Position numbers and translations under genes: made by a program
IMG/VR virus record: IMGVR_UViG_3300032318_001718
Location: 1-43,108 of that record
Source: a virus
Lineage: Duplodnaviria > Caudoviricetes
Length of the DNA: 43,108 bases
Reading direction: 5' to 3' (one strand)
Shown: piece after piece, positions 42,623-43,108 of the stretch
Layout of the letters: the number at the start of each line of letters is the position of its first letter
How positions within the stretch are numbered: position 1 is the first letter of the stretch
The notes under the pieces: model-generated
What the model saw: the letters and a program-made list of their open reading frames with translations, nothing else
Told to the model about the DNA's origin: nothing
The model's database searches: none

Positions 42623-43108
42623 CTAAGCTCCCGGTGTAGCTTTAATCCAGTAGTTAGTACCGTTGATATCACATTGGATATAAACTGCAGAACCACCTGA
42701 TTTATCATCGCTATTGATAGAGTTACCGCTACCAGCAGTACCCTCAAACTTAATGAATCCTTTGTCAGTATCATCTTGTTTTAGAGTAACTACGTGAGAA
42801 ACACCTCCTGTATTAGTCTGTTCAAGTCTTAATACTGAGCTGTCCGCATTACCAACTGCGTCAGATACTATTTCTAACGTTGCTTTGTCAGCTGCTAATG
42901 CACCAGCACTAGCTATATATGCAGCACTTGTCGTTGTCGGATCAGCTGTAACATTTAGAGCTTGGCAGTCTTTAGATACACCAACTATTTCTACTAAAGT
43001 AGGTTTATTTGTTGCCGTACCTGTGAATGCTACTCTTAATAAATTAGAGCCAGCCGCTGCAGGAGTTCCGTCAGCAGTGATTTCTACAACTGCTTTATTG
43101 TCAGCAAT
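42623..43108 (-). CDS. 3' part of the same junction-spanning fibre/decoration-like protein
   Basis: Open frame IADNKAVVEITADG...NYWIKATPGA* ending at TAG 42625-42623; in frame with 1..1191 through the shared AGCAAT. Confidence 0.8.
   Translation of the reverse strand: MADNKAVVEITADGTPAAAGSNLLRVAFTGTATNKPTLVEIVGVSKDCQALNVTADPTTTSAAYIASAGALAADKATLEIVSDAVGNADSSVLRLEQTNTGGVSHVVTLKQDDTDKGFIKFEGTAGSGNSINSDDKSGGSAVYIQCDINGTNYWIKATPGA

Noticed and set aside
1-43108. Alternative genetic code (stop-codon reassignment)
   Set aside because: Genes are full length and densely packed under the standard code, and TAA, TAG and TGA all appear as true stops

Overview
The window appears to be an essentially complete, circularly permuted ~43.1 kb AT-rich tailed phage genome with podovirus-like architecture. 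The last 6 nt (AGCAAT) repeat the first 6, and a fibre-like gene reads in frame across the junction. The minus-strand morphogenesis operon runs terS, ssb, terL, three hypotheticals, P22-like portal, scaffold, cement protein, major capsid, several fibre/spike genes, adaptor, nozzle, three putative ejection proteins and a lysis cassette. A minus-strand replication/regulatory block (12.8-16.4 kb) diverges from a plus-strand early block (17.2-25.3 kb) with RecT, a YqaJ-like exonuclease, YopX and repeat proteins. No integrase, DNA polymerase, tRNA or CRISPR array was recognised. Sigma70-type promoters with mostly Shine-Dalgarno-less, A-rich starts suggest a Patescibacteria/CPR-like host (inference only). 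The most striking element is a 290-aa intein in the TerL nuclease motif whose central region is not an in-frame endonuclease. Instead, a complete HNH endonuclease gene is overprinted inside it in another reading frame, with both frames open for 561 nt. Other unannotated signals are a duplicated 26-aa membrane micropeptide with mostly synonymous changes, a repeated operator, a conserved late-promoter motif, a promoter/terminator-bounded sRNA candidate, structured leaders and a cluster of palindromes around a G-rich tract. All calls come from reading the sequence; no database searches were run.
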